Below are positions 24,601 to 37,686 of a stretch of 64,000 bases of DNA, one piece after another. The notes below the pieces were generated by a model. It had not been told where the DNA came from. It saw only the letters and a program-made list of their open reading frames with translations, and did not search any database. The DNA is taken from the NCBI GenBank assembly GCA_029953675.1, contig JAMWBK010000007.1, forward strand, positions 1,550,001 to 1,614,000, written 5' to 3'. The position numbers and the translations under genes were made by a program. The stretch's first letter is position 1; the number at the start of each line of letters is the position of its first letter. Source of the DNA: Rhodosorus marinus CCMP1338. Lineage: Eukaryota > Plantae > Rhodophyta.

Positions 24601-26055
24601 CGCCAACAGTTGCTAGGTTCGTGTCCTCGTCAACCACTTCATCCACTGCCAGGACGTATCTCTGCTGATGGCTGAACAGGTTGTCGGCGTCGATCACTGT
24701 CCCCTTAGTGACGATTCTCACAAGAGCGCGTTCACAGATCTGCGACTTGGCTGCTGGTTCATGGCTTTTTCTTCTCTTCTTTGCTGCGTTGGTGGTCTCT
24801 GTCTGCTCCACTCTTCCAACCTAAAGATATTTGGATATTGATCAGTCGGAGTGCGAATAATGGTCACAACCACGCCTCTTTAGCTTACCTTGTAACCGGC
24901 TTCGACAAGCCGGGCGAGGTGCTTTGCAAACGCCTGCTCAGGTACTCCAACGCAACGCATGTCAACTCTTCCTCCACCAGTATAGTTCAGGTTGAGAACG
25001 GACGCTCCAATGTCTGCGTCTCGGTCGTACATCTCATAGAATTTTCCCTTCTTAAACATGAGTATGACGTCTGCGGTGGGACAAATTCAAAGCTCGGCAA
25101 GTTCAGGCTCCAAGTATTCACAGGAAGTTCGTTTATGTGCGTGCCCCGCTCAAAGGCTCCTTCCGGGTCTTAAACCTCACCAAAATGCTCTTTCTTGATG
25201 TTCCAAAACTGTTTCTGGAACGGGGTGAGCTTTTCGAAGGCCGCTGGCGGAATGTAGAGCGTAGACGGATCATACTCCGGGTCCTCCTCTCTGCGTCGCT
25301 CGGCATCCCTGACATTTGTTGTCCAAGGATTCTTCTTCGTCCAAACTTGTTCAGGTGTTTCCTCCGCATTTCCGTCTTCAGTGCATTGGGACAAGCCTTT
25401 TTTGTTCAATGGTTGACGGCTCTGAGTTTAGTCCAACGTCCAAACTATGACCTGGAAAGCGGCAGTGAGAAAACTTGAGGCGCTCACCGAGGAGTTTCTC
25501 CCTTATTGGGTTCCGATCAGGGAGTGGAGGAGGGCCATTCTGCTGCTTGGGCTCTGTCGAAGGGCCTTGCCGGGTTTGGCTTTCGTACTGACTCGAACTC
25601 TGTTTCTGGTTTTCTAGGTGATCTTCTAGGTCCTCGTCTGCATCCTCAACAATGCGTTTCCGTTTGCGTACATCGTCTTTTCCACCGCGGTTCTGGGTAA
25701 TGAAGGATCCCGGTGGGTTTGGGCTTATTCGCTGGGACACTCTGCCACCAGTAACCCGAAGCTTGCTACGCATATTGAAAGCCAATAGAACACCGATGAT
25801 TTTTAGCGTGCAGAAGCGATAGGCCAGCGAGGCTGCCGGCTATAGTGCAGAGAGCTTAGACCGCTCCAAAACTCAAGAGCCTTCTCCTCACCTTTCAGCT
25901 TTTGGTTCATCGAACACGGGCACGATCTCATCCTCAACGACGACCTCCTGAATCTTCTTCTTGGAGTCCAACTTCTTGCTCCAGGCATTTGAATCTCCCG
26001 AATTTTGGGATACAGGTAGGAAGTAGGCCTTAATCCCACCCTGTTTCTTCGCCAT
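21627..26055 (-). CDS. MSH6: DNA mismatch repair protein MSH6, multi-exon
   Basis: [24 protein letters not shown]; FKKGKFYE (Phe-X-Glu mismatch motif); GPNMGGKST Walker A; STFMVEM; [16 protein letters not shown]; [10 protein letters not shown] helix-turn-helix. Confidence 0.95.
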
Positions 26056-27729
26056 CGTTGACTAAAACCACATTCCCCCTAACCCCTCTCCCTCCCCCCC
26101 GACCAAAAAAAAAGAGCCCGCACCGAGTTCAAGAATAAAAGGATAGAAAATATTCTCAAGCTTCAATCAGTGGCTCTGCTACAAAAAGTCTGAAAGCTAC
26201 CATCATCAAAACAAGAAACTTCTTCCATCCCTCGTCCTTCCTCCCCGACGTCTGCCATTGACGCAGAGCTTAAGTACCCCATGAGAATAATGAAGAGTCC
26301 AACATCAACGGAGTTCTAACATCGAGAAGAAAAAAAAAAGCGTTCCCAGTCATGACAGTATCCTCCTTCAAAATATTTACACAATATCACAAACAAATAT
26401 ATTGAATTAATCAAAACTTCCAATTCATAATGCAATATTTTTCGATAAAAATATCAATACATATTTTTCATTTAAACTAGCAGTGTATTTTGCCTGAGGA
26501 ATTTCTAGTTTATGAAGGTTCTTGGTGAGATTGATAGTGATTGTCTATTTTATATTTTATTAATGATAAAATAGGAGTTGAATGAAGATGATATTTTTAG
26601 TATAGCTGTTTTTTACAGATTAGAGAGTATTTTTATGGGAAATTATTTATTTATTTTACTAAATTAGTATTTGGGGATGGGGAATAGCGATGCACCCTAA
26701 ATATTCATAGGGATGTGGGTTTAATTGGTGAAACGGGGATTTTTCACGTTTTGTTGGCGGGAAACAGGGTGTGGTTTTCGCGGGACTGAACGGGACGATT
26801 TCGATTTCCAGCCGATCCAGCCGCCTGTGATGAGAGAAAACCGCGGGATGAGAATGAGAGCGTGTGGGAAGAAGTCTTTTTCTTTTCTTCAGGGTCTATA
26901 CAGGAACCAGCATCAACCGTCGACCAGACAAGGCCCTCTCAGTTCCGTGTTTTCCCCACGTCAACTAATAGAACCGAATTCTTTTACTACTGTAGCACGA
27001 ATCCAACACTTGGTTATAGCATATCCGCAAAGAGTCCTTAATCGGAAGGATAGACAGGATTAGCAAGACCAGGTCAAGAGCATTTCACTATCGGTCTTCT
27101 CCTCCGACGACGGCCCTTCCTCGATTTCGTTGTCCGAGGCTGCGTGAGACTGTCCTCCGTGAACCCCGCGAGGAATGGGGGGTCCGTCCAGACTCCTTCG
27201 CGACATAGATACCCCTTGTATGCATCAACCGTTGAACGCGAGCCCCTCTCAGTCCATGTTCTCCCCACGCAAAACGTCAGAATAGCATCTTCTTAGCTAT
27301 CGCATCAGTACTTCCAAACAGCAGTATCTAGATCTGCCGCCGGTTGTGACTCTGAACCAGTGCATGCTCCCGCTGACTGTGCAGCAAGCCATTCTGAAGG
27401 ACAGCAGGCTCAGCCGCAATCCCCAAAGAGCATCAGTCCGTATTGGAGAAGCTGACCACCGTCCCAAAAGTCATCTAGATGTGCGGGAACGTCCAGGTCA
27501 TTGAACAAGCAAACAACCATAGAGGCCAGGCCAATTCAGAAATTGGAATACGAGCCTGGTCCTGCAGTCAGAGGGCTCTTTTCCCTCAGATAAGTTGAGC
27601 TGTTCACGGAAAATTGGATGGTCAGCGGTCTAAAGCACCACAGCACGTCATCTCCAGCGCGTCCCATGCGCATGCTAGCCTTCCATAAACGAGCCAACAG
27701 GTTCATTTCTTGCAAACGAACTGCTGCCA

Positions 27730-28560
27730 TTAGCGCCGGTGGAGACCGTTCATCTTTGTGATCTCGACTGTGCCGGAAAGGATTTGTTCAACGACCTCGC
27801 TCTCCGAAAGTTGATCGCAGCTGATGATCATAGATGGATCTTCCCAGGTCTGAATAGAAAACCAGGGCGCCTGGGACGCTTCAGGTCTCTCGAGCTGTGA
27901 GAACTGATCTCGAAGCAGATGTACAGGCATGAAGTGCCCAGATCTGGCCTCCATTCGTTCCCGCACTTTTTCGAAGGACCCGTCGAGATGGACGAAGACC
28001 ACAGGATATTGAACTTGCCGCCTGAGAAAGTCTCTATAGATTCTCTTCAGGCAGCTGCATGCGATGATTCCCGTTAGACCTTCCTCGGCATCCCTCTCAT
28101 TAGCCGCCGAGGCCACCTTCAGCAGCCACGGAAATCTGTCTGTTTCGCGGAAAAACTCCACAGGAGCCGAGACTTCCTTTCAGGGAAACGCTCTTCGCAA
28201 CCGCGGAGGGTTCCCAGAACGACTCACCGTCATCATTCAGAGGCACGCCGCTCCTCATCTTCTCAATGTTCTCAGCTGGATGCAAATCATCACCTAGTCA
28301 TTTTTCAATCACAGGGGAGCTGAACCCTTAAAATGTCCAGATGAAAAAAGACTTCAGACTGAAGTCCTACATTCGCTTACCATCAACAAACGGACGATGC
28401 GTCTGCTTCGACAGGGCCAGTCCTATTGACGTCTATGTTTAGATTCCACAAGCAAATCCATTCTCTCAATATCAATCAGGAAAAAGCTGAGAGAAGCGTA
28501 GAGGGTTTGATATACCTTGCCACATGACGACACTCCCATCAAGACGATGACATACTTCAT
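27730..28560 (-). CDS. Gluconokinase (GntK/IdnK type), about 4 exons
   Basis: MKYVIVLMGVSSCGK|T P-loop; FVDG|DDLHPAENIEKMRSGVPLNDD|DRFPWL; IIACSCLKRIYRDFL; ERMEARSGHFMPVHLLRDQFSQLERP. Confidence 0.93.
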
Positions 28561-28831
28561 GTCGACACCCGTAGGTTCAGGAAGTACACGCTCTGTCCGT
28601 TCAGATCCCTAAACGGCTCATCGTCTTTGTCAACGTACGATCGACCGGCTCATTGCTTTGAACTAAGCCTTTCAAAGCCTCCAGGCAGACCGGACAGCAG
28701 CAAGTCAACCTGCTGCCCAGAATTGTGCAGTAAGACTAGTTCACTGGCGGTGGTGTGACAAGGACGAGTCGATGTGAAGGTGAGGGGGAGCTCATGTCAT
28801 TGAAGAAGTGTTCAAGAAGACATTGACGAAG

Positions 28832-29275
28832 ATGGCAGGAAAGAACAACCGAAAGAAAGCGGAGTTGAAACGCAAGTTTCTAGCCAAATGCGCTAAAGAC
28901 GAGAAGGAGTCGTTGAGGAAGAAAAGGGAAGGGAGGTTACTCAACAAGGAGATTGGTTCTGAGCTTGTGAATCTTGTACGTACTCTTGAAGAACGATATG
29001 TAAGCGTCTGGGCTGGCCGCGGCTGAACTCTTTCTTTGTTTTTGCTTTGTTTCGTCTCGTGTTTTGCCTTGGTTGTCATCGTGCTGCAGGGCGCTAAGCT
29101 GAGTGTAGTAGGACAGTTGCAGACCGGCGTGAAAAGCGAGAACGCAGATATGAGGAAGGAGCCTCGTCAGAAGTTGCAGGGAGTGAAGAAGAGGACAAAG
29201 TCTGTTAAGGACCAGAAGCGAAAGAAAAAGATGACGGAGAGAATGGCCAAACGAGGAAAGATGATGACGGACTAG
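28832..29275 (+). CDS. Small Lys/Arg-rich hypothetical protein, 2 exons
   Basis: MAGKNNRKKAELKRKF...LEERY|GTAAGC intron, then CAG|GAKLSVVG...GKMMTD*; phases are compatible. Confidence 0.55.
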
Positions 29276-29851
29276 CCATTCACACACACACCAAAATGAC
29301 TAAATCTCGAGTGGCCCGCCGGCGTATGGACAGTTCAAGTCTGGTCTGCCAAGTATTGAGACTGAAGGACCTTCCTCTTGGAGCCTCTGCAGACCTTGGT
29401 TAAAATAGTTCCCGGCATACAACAATATAGGGGTTTCAAGAGACACAAATCCAGCTCAGCCAGTTTGAAGATGAGAACCTCTCGAGAAGGCCGTCTGGTG
29501 ACCAGCTTTGGGAACTGCGGATTCTGGTTGCCGTTGAAAATCTGTCCGCTGTTGACAACGACGGGCAGTAAGGCTCTTTTCAGCATCCACCATTCTCTGT
29601 TAATCTCCTCCTTCTTTAATCACGTGAGCTGTTGAAACCAGATAGCACTATAATATATGAGGACCTCCGTAATAAATTCTTCTTCCTTTTTACAAAGCTC
29701 GACTGGCTTCTTCTCCTTCAAGACGTTCGGTAGAAGCCACTCTTCTCGGATAGTGGACGCATTCCCAGTGGCATACTCCCAGCTGGGGTTTCCTTCTCGG
29801 CAACGCACCGGAACCATCTTCACCATTGTGGTCTGGAAACTGATCCGGACA

Positions 29852-32046
29852 CTAGAACTTCATATCCTCAAGATCCAGGAACACATTGTGTTGTCCCAGG
29901 TCCTCGTTGATGCCGGAGAAGTTCTGGTTCCCGAATTGAGACGGGTTTGCAGGGGTGTTCTGACTTCCAGCTTGAATGTTCGCTCCAACCCTGCTTGACA
30001 TGGAGTTCCTTTCGGCGTGGTTGCTGTTTCTAGCCCCATCCGGTGACTTCGACAGAGTCAGAAGATCCGATGGCGAGCAAAAGTTGGTCGGCGAAAAGAA
30101 CTAATGAAACATGAGGCACAACCAGCGTCAGAGAGGAATGCAACTTTAGCAATCGATGAGTTTCCGCTTTCAACTTACTTCCCCAAGACCGTCGTTGCCG
30201 CCCGATTCAAAAGGTCTCCTTGTCGTCCGGCTACCGGCCCTATTCACCGGGATCGGGATCGGCACCCCGTTGGTTGCGGGATCGTCTCGGTCCCGTAGCG
30301 AGGGAAGCTCACGACCGTTTGATCTGAGCGAACCCAGGTCGTGGGACTTGAGAGACCCAATATCATTGAACCTCAGGGAGCCCAACTCGTTGAAAGAGTT
30401 CTTCAACGGAGACTCTGCAACTATGGGCTTTCTACGTATATCCAAAGGCGTAGATCCAAAATCCCTCTGGTCAATCGACATCGCTAGACCTCCGTTGATA
30501 ACTGTCTGAGACGGTATGTTTGAAGGCTTCCCTAGAGAACGCTTGAACGAATCGGACTGAGCAGAAACGAAAAGAAAAGCGTCGGAAGAAGACAGAAGGA
30601 AATGAGTTCGATCGCTCGCAACGGCCAAAATTCGTCTTTCGGCATACTGGAGGCCGGTCTCCTCGTCCACGTACCAATGAGCTGTCACCAACAGGGCTGA
30701 ACTCGGCCAGGCGATTTCCCCCACCGCCCGGTATGTCAATTGCCTTTCCTCTAGAGTGCAGTGATAGATCCAGTGCTTCTCCAACGACTCTTGTATGTGC
30801 ATGGTCCTAATCCGCATTAATTTGGATAAAAGAAAGTTAGGTATCAAGCCGATGATTCTCCATGCCGTGAGGGGTCAGTGCTTCTACCTTGCTTCCATCT
30901 GACATAGCTCGTCTCTCATCACCAAGCTTCAGTGCGCTGCTCCCGCTTGTTCTAAACGATGACGTAGTGTTTGATATTGTCCAAACGTGGTTATCAGGTC
31001 CCTGAGATCGTAGAGCACCACATGTTGAGTTAAGCTCTCCCAACCTATGCCGAGAACACTCTAAAGCAGTCCGTACCTTGCTCGTTGGGGGGTTATCATC
31101 GTTCAAAAGATACTTAATCGGAGATGTACCATGTACAAGAGCGTCAGCTGGGTTCTTCTCATGTGGAGTCCCCTTCTGCGGGATGGGGAAGGGCTTCGCC
31201 CTGGACATGTCTTCTACAGCCATTGCCGTGTCGTGTCCAGGCGGGCTCACTTCAGTACTCTGATACGCCAAGGCTCGTTCGAGCTCTGCCTGCGCCTCCT
31301 GCTGAGCTTTTTGAAGAGCTTGCAGTTGCGCTTGCGCTGAGGCCACTGACATCGGTACATCTTCTTGCTTGCGGTGGGCATTTTGATTGTGGCCCGCTTG
31401 AACTTGCTGCGCATCCTAGAGTGTTGTTATTGACGAGTGCACGAGCATATAGTCAGGTACCGCTACTCTCAGTTGACAACTTTCCTAGCGGAAGTTGACG
31501 CTCCACTCAATCGCATACCTGTACATGAGCTTGATGCTGGCTGGCCATCGTTGCTTGAACCTGTTGAATGTTCTGTTGGGGGCCAGGCTGAAAGAAACCA
31601 GCGTTTTGCTGTTGCGCTTGGAACGCATTCATTTGGTACTGCGCAGATGGGTTCGCCGCTAAGTGTGGGTTTCTTTGTAGCAAGCCTTGCATCTGCATAT
31701 ATTGCATCTGGGAGATATCCCCACTCTGTACCGGGAAAAAACCCCCGCCCTGCATCATGCCGGGCACCATCGGTTGCTGGGTGGGCATCATCTGTGGCGG
31801 GGGAGCTGCGGGTAATAATGCCATCGTCTTTCTTGTCCGAACTTGTTTATCTTGGTTTTCATAAACCTCGCAACCAGGATGTTTGGCCAAATAAGAAGCC
31901 AAGTTTTTCGCAAACGGCGCTGCATTCCCAGCAATCTTCCTCTCCTCAACCCTATTCCATATTGTGATTCGGGTCATACCCGGATCCCCACTTCCGCCAG
32001 AGTCCTCCATCTCCGAAGAGTTCATCGACTTTTCATCAAAATTCAT
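29852..32046 (-). CDS. BRK-like domain protein B with a Q/M/P-rich tail, multi-exon
   Basis: [43 protein letters not shown] is a near-identical domain to protein A. Intron 31518-31416. Last exon SPDGARN...LDLEDMKF* (TAG 29854-29852). Middle exons are approximate. Confidence 0.75.
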
Positions 32047-34784
32047 TTTTTTGGGCCCAGCCAAGATCGAACAGGGCCACAAAATAATGAAAATATCTCA
32101 CACAAACCACCAAACCAAACCGAACACCAAAATCACTTCAACCCCCACATCGCAAGCAACAAACCAGAAAACATCACCACCTCCCCACTCCGTTTATAAA
32201 AAAGAGCAAACAAAAGGCCTTAAACCCCTTTCATACCTGCAAACGATACATGTCGATACTCCAGCCTACCCCACCCCTGAAAACCAAAGCCGAACCCCAA
32301 TCCCAAAATCCCACTCCCAAATCTTCTCATGCTCATTTATCCTCACTTTCGTTCTCTCCAAGTGGGTACTTACCCATAAACACATCCAAACCCCCGACAC
32401 AATCCCCAACCCAACCCACCGAGCCCCCTCCCCCGGGCCGCCCCACACAACCCCACACCCAGAAGGCAACAGAAGAGTTCTCAAACATCTCCTTTTCCCA
32501 CACCTTTTTCCTCCATACCTTTCCAAGCTTCCTCTTTGAACAGCCTTCTTGCTTCCTTCTTACTCGTCCACAAGAAAGTCTCCTCTAACGCGAGGCAAAA
32601 AGAAATTCATTCAACGTCACATGATTATCACCTCGTACCGTTCAGAAATTCCTAAAAAACCATAGTTCTAATTTTGACAGACTATGTAACCCCCCCCTAT
32701 TGAACCGTCTTCAAATCTCTCCATCTTCCAAACCTGGTGTCCTTGTTTCTTTTTTGGGCTGTCGCCAGCGTTCGTCGTTTTCCATCATACATACTAAAAG
32801 ACAGTCTAGAAAAGAGGAAAAAAGACGGATTGTGGAGACAATACGAGTGGTTACTCGTAAAGTTGGGACTAGTAGCTTGGATATTTCATAGTTTGCGAAC
32901 TCTAGTTGTTCTCCTCTTTCTCATTTCTTGTTTAAGTAAACTTTTTCATTGGTCAAATTCGTACCTTTCAGGCCCAATGGTACGCAGCCTCAAGCCCCAG
33001 AAAAAACAAATTATTGAAAAAGGAAAATTAAAGTACCTGAATCTCCTTGCTACTAAAGTCACCTAAATTCCACCGCTTCCCCGAAAAATGCGCAACTCAA
33101 ACAACACACAAGTCAATACCCCTCCTCAGTTTTCGAAAAAACAACATTTAGCTGAATAAATTCCTAAAATTCAGTATATCTGTTGTGTCCGCGTACCCCT
33201 TGAAGAATTCTACTAATTGAGGCGGAGGACAGCCGGAACAAGGAATCGGCGACCTCTTGCGACCGCTTCATATTTCATAATAATAATAAATCAAATTGTT
33301 TTGCTCAATCACATAAAGTTTTGGACTCATTTTGACTGCGGCAGGAGATAGCACCGACCATACCACATATGTTTTAGAAAGAATTTAGAAGAGGAAAAAA
33401 ACCGTCTCGATCCTACCCCTTATCAATATTCCGTTGTTGGATAATCTTTGTTTTTCGGAACTAATATTCAAAATTTTCCCTTTTCGCAAAAAGGGGCGGT
33501 TTCTTAACAGGAGTTGCCATGGATTCCATTGAAAATCTGTACTGTTTCTTGTTAGCAATCGGCCACAGAGTACTGAATCGGGGCGAAGGGGGCAATGAGG
33601 CAATGGGACACGTCAGCCCCAATAATGTAAAGATAAAAATTTGGGAGATCGTATTTTGATTTTGGGGCATGCTATGGGGCACCGCGCAATGAGACTCGCC
33701 CCAATTCGAATTTATTAAATTATTCATGAAAATGTGTTCCATAGTCATATCCTTTAATGCAACTAAAATACTATATATCGAAGCTCATTCGTATGATGAA
33801 AATAAATTAAGTGCCGCATCGAAAAATGACTTATTGGACTTTGCGTTCGTGAGAATCAGCTTTTACAAACCCGGCGCCAGAAAGATCCCTCCGTTGTCCC
33901 TGCCTACGTATTAGACCAAAGGCACAATTCTCTCCAAAATAAGCTTTCAGACCTTTTGAACAAGACGCGAAGCCAAACCAAAAAAACCACCCAAAGCTTC
34001 TCAGGGCTTCCGGAGGCGAGCTTCCTCACCTTCTTGCAACCAACCCACACCCCTTGGGGCAAGAGTTGGGGCACCAGAGTATGTACGAGCCGGTTGGAAT
34101 CGCCGATATAGCCTACCAGATTTGGGGCATACATTGGTGGTTAGTGATGAAGAATAGGATTTGAACGGTAAATTTCTGTCCAGCAGTGCATAGGTTTGGT
34201 TTGTAGTCAAGAATGTATTTGAAGAGACCAACAAAATTTGAGTTCAAATTTGTTGCCGTATTGCGGACTGATCTAAAGCCATATCGATCCTTTGCTCTGA
34301 AAGCGCTGGTCTTCGTTGGCTGGGTTTTGCTTCGCGAGTGTGGATGCAACGAGCCTCATTAGCCAGGTAAGGTTTCAACCGGGACAACATTTTCTTAGAT
34401 TCTGCGCCTTTTTTATCTCTTCACCTCTGAAAGACTAGGGAGGTTCATGCTGGCATTCTTCTTCCGGGAATCGTCTCCGAGGTCTGGCATCGACGCAGCA
34501 TCTGGTGGTGCGTTGGAGGGTCCTAGTGACTTCTCTATACCAGCAATCGTTACGAAAACCACGCATAATCCTTTGAATCAATAGAGGAGCTCCGATCACA
34601 GTCCTGACCCGTCCATGTCCTGAGAGGACAGCAGAGGGGGTCTTTTTCCGTTTCCTACAGTACCAATCCCGCAAACGCAATATTCGACGGATCGTTTGAG
34701 AGTACGAGAAAGTGATCGCTTCGTTGGCAGAATGTCGAAATAACAACCAGGGCAATCCATTACAGCTAGTTGGTGATAAATGCA

Positions 34785-35423
34785 CTATAGGGGATACTGT
34801 CCAGCACGTCTAGCCTGGGTTTCCAACTCGACTCGCTTCCTAGAAATGAACTCTGCATCGGCCTCTGCTCTCTCCCTGTCCGACATTTCAACCGGATTCT
34901 TCATAAGATAGTAAACGGCACCAACCGTAAACCCCTGAACACGAAAGGAAAAATATCTGAGTTCGACAAATCTGTTTACCACCAGCCGGATCCAACCAGA
35001 GTAAATAGTTTTGATCGGAAAGGAAAACTGCAACAGACCTGTCCAGCAATCCTGAGCCTCATCATCATTTGTTGACCCTTAGAATCTCTCGCCTGCATGC
35101 GGTTCAGTCCGCGTAAAAAAGCTAAAATTGTCACTCCGAGTCCTGGGTGTTGGTACCACAACAGCATCAGTATCACCATCGTGAGCAGTGCTTAAAGTAG
35201 CAAGCATCAACTAAGAAGCAAGACGCTGTAGAACAAAAATGCACGTAGTTGCGCACGTACCCCCAATAATCCAGGGATTGAGCACACTCCTTCGCCTAGT
35301 TCTGGTTTCCCCAGTTATCGCGTCGTAGAAGACATGTTTCCTCTCGAAATCAGTCCGAAGTGCGAGAACGTCATCGTCGGTCATCTCCATTGGGTTGAGA
35401 GACGGTGCGTCCGGTGTGTCCAT
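34785..35423 (-). CDS. HIG1-domain mitochondrial membrane protein (HIGD2/Rcf1-like), 3 exons
   Basis: NPWIIG|LGVTILAFLRGLNRMQARDSKGQQMMMRLRIAGQ|GFTVGAVYY matches the HIG1 signature (Q..MR.R..AQGFTV). Confidence 0.85.
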
Positions 35424-36639
35424 TCCCCCGCAGCAACGTTCCAACACTCAAATCCTTCTTGACGAAGCGACCGCGTGGAGAATCACCACCCACGATCACT
35501 AGCTATTGAACTTTATATTCTTAATTCTCGGAGGAAAGGACCTTATAACTGAGCTCCCAAGTAGGAACCGCTTCACACAGCTACCCTCAACTTCCCAAAG
35601 CAGCCGCGCATTGCCGGTCGGGCTGCCACCATGATGTATTCTTCAACCCTTCCCAACACAACCAAAGCAAGAAAACAAAAGTCTTGCCGCCGTTCACGGG
35701 CTTGATCAGATCTATTAGGTTACTATAATAAGCTTCGTAGTGCAGAGGGATTTCAGCGGAAGCAGAAGCAAACAGTTTCCCCACCGCCAAACGAGCACGA
35801 CTCTTAGTCCTCTGCAGAAGCACTCTCGCATTGCCCCCGAGCCCTCTCCATCCACAACTTTTTTTGTATTTATTTAACTTTTTTTTAAAATTGCATCCAA
35901 TAAAAACTTGAGCCACAAATACTCATCAAAATAAAACCAATCAACGTGAGTACGTACTTTTCCTGACGTTGAAACCCATCATGTGTGGTTGCTCTACTCA
36001 AGAAATTCATAAATATTTTTGGGGTCACTTCCTCCCAAAGTTGTATTTCAATATATAACGTATATATAATATCTTACTATATATTCCGTCAAAATAGACG
36101 AAAACGTTACAAAATACAAACTTTAGTGTATAGAATATATGACTATTCTACCGTCCCGTTGAGGCCTGATTTCTTAGCCGGCAACAACTCCAATAATTTC
36201 TTAATATAGAAAAGAGTCCTAACTCCGTGTTTCCCTAGTGGGCATAAAATTACCAAAACTAAATATATAGTATCCAATGAAAAGATCTTTTGACGTTTGT
36301 ATTAATTTTATATATAGATGAACTATATCCTAGAGAAATTGGGAGTAAATAATGATAGTGAAAGTGCTATTATTATGATTATTTGTTCTAAATGGGAGGT
36401 AAGCTGTGGATATAAACATATGCTGACGATGATAAAGGTGACATGGATTGGGGAAGGAGATTGGGGGGGCGGGGAGGGGGAGGAGGGGCGTTGAGGAGGA
36501 GTGGAGAGGGGGAGGAGGAGAAGGAGGAGTTGTAAGAACCTAGGATCTATGAATAGTAGATAACAGGGATATTGAGAACGTTTATCAGGTTGAACTGAGT
36601 TTTCTGGAGGAATTTGTGCACTGGGACAACAAAGAAAAG

Positions 36640-37264
36640 ATGTTTGGATTTGTGAATTGGGCTGCGTCTGGCATTGCCGGGCAGGTTGAGGTAAGGGGGG
36701 GAACTCGGAAGGTGTGTTCTGTGAGAATGACTGAGGATGGGGATAAGAAGGACTTCAAAGGGTTTGGAGATGCGCCTAAGAAGCAAGAACCGAGGAAGAA
36801 GTCGAAGAATCAGATTGAGAGGGAGGCCGCGGAGGCAAGGTTGGACAAAATGAGGCAGGCGGGCATGCCGGAGTATTCTATCTGGTTGCGACAGAAGGAT
36901 GAGGATCAGTGGTTCCCTGTGGGATCTCTCGCAGTACAACGGTAAGACTTGTTGAAAATTTTTGAGGGTGTCCAAGTTTGTCTCCTGAAAATTGCGTTCC
37001 TCAAGCAAACCGTTCCCGACCATTTCCACCGCCTCTAGGTCTAGCAGTATCAACGAGGCCATCTTCAAGAACGAAGAGGCGCTGTGGCAGGGCGCTCGTC
37101 GACAGTACCCTAAAATCGCTGGGAAAGAGGAGGAGACCGAAATAGGGTACAAACTGTCGCAGTTTCCGGACGAGGAAGTGCGTCTCGCCGTTAGGCCTTC
37201 AGAGGGAAATCCGGTGAAAAACTTTTTCGACAACCTTTTGAACCCGCTGAACACGGGTGACTAA
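36640..37264 (+). CDS. Plastid HHL1-like protein (cyanobacterial-origin family), 2 exons
   Basis: Transit-like MFGFV start; KGFG; MPEYSIWLRQKDEDQWFPVGSLAVQR|SSSINEAIFKNEEALWQGARRQYP...EIGYKL. Intron 36942-37038. Confidence 0.8.
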
Positions 37265-37686
37265 TAAACCCCTACAAGCTGAAGAAAAAATTGGCTTCGG
37301 AGCGGCAGATCTATAGAAAGCCGCACCCCTCCTTCTCCCCCTCAGCGACCTGACGAATAGCTGGCATCAATTCAACTGTGCGTGGTTGCGCTTGAGGTGG
37401 CTCTGAAATTTTTTTCTGGAGGGGTTAAGGATCGTGACTGCGAATCCATTGACGCAACTCTTGACCCTCGCGCGAAAGCATTCATCATTATCAGTTCAAT
37501 GTAAACTCAAATTACTCAAAATATTATAGCAGCTGTTGTATTCCTAGCCGACCAAGCCTTTCCTCGACACAACCCTTCAAATTTCGTCGACAATCGAGGT
37601 GGCGCTTGGTGCTAAAGATTTTCTTGGTCATGCATTGTATCATTATCATGGCGACCGAAACATAATAGCCTGTATCCAATACAAAT

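Noticed and set aside
27536-27732. TAATG stop-start overlap after gluconokinase, suggesting operon-like translational coupling
   Set aside because: The downstream 64-aa ORF has no recognisable features; a chance overlap in a 3' UTR is more likely.
29313-29350. GTTCAAGTC tRNA T-loop-like sequence
   Set aside because: The flanks do not form a T-stem or cloverleaf.
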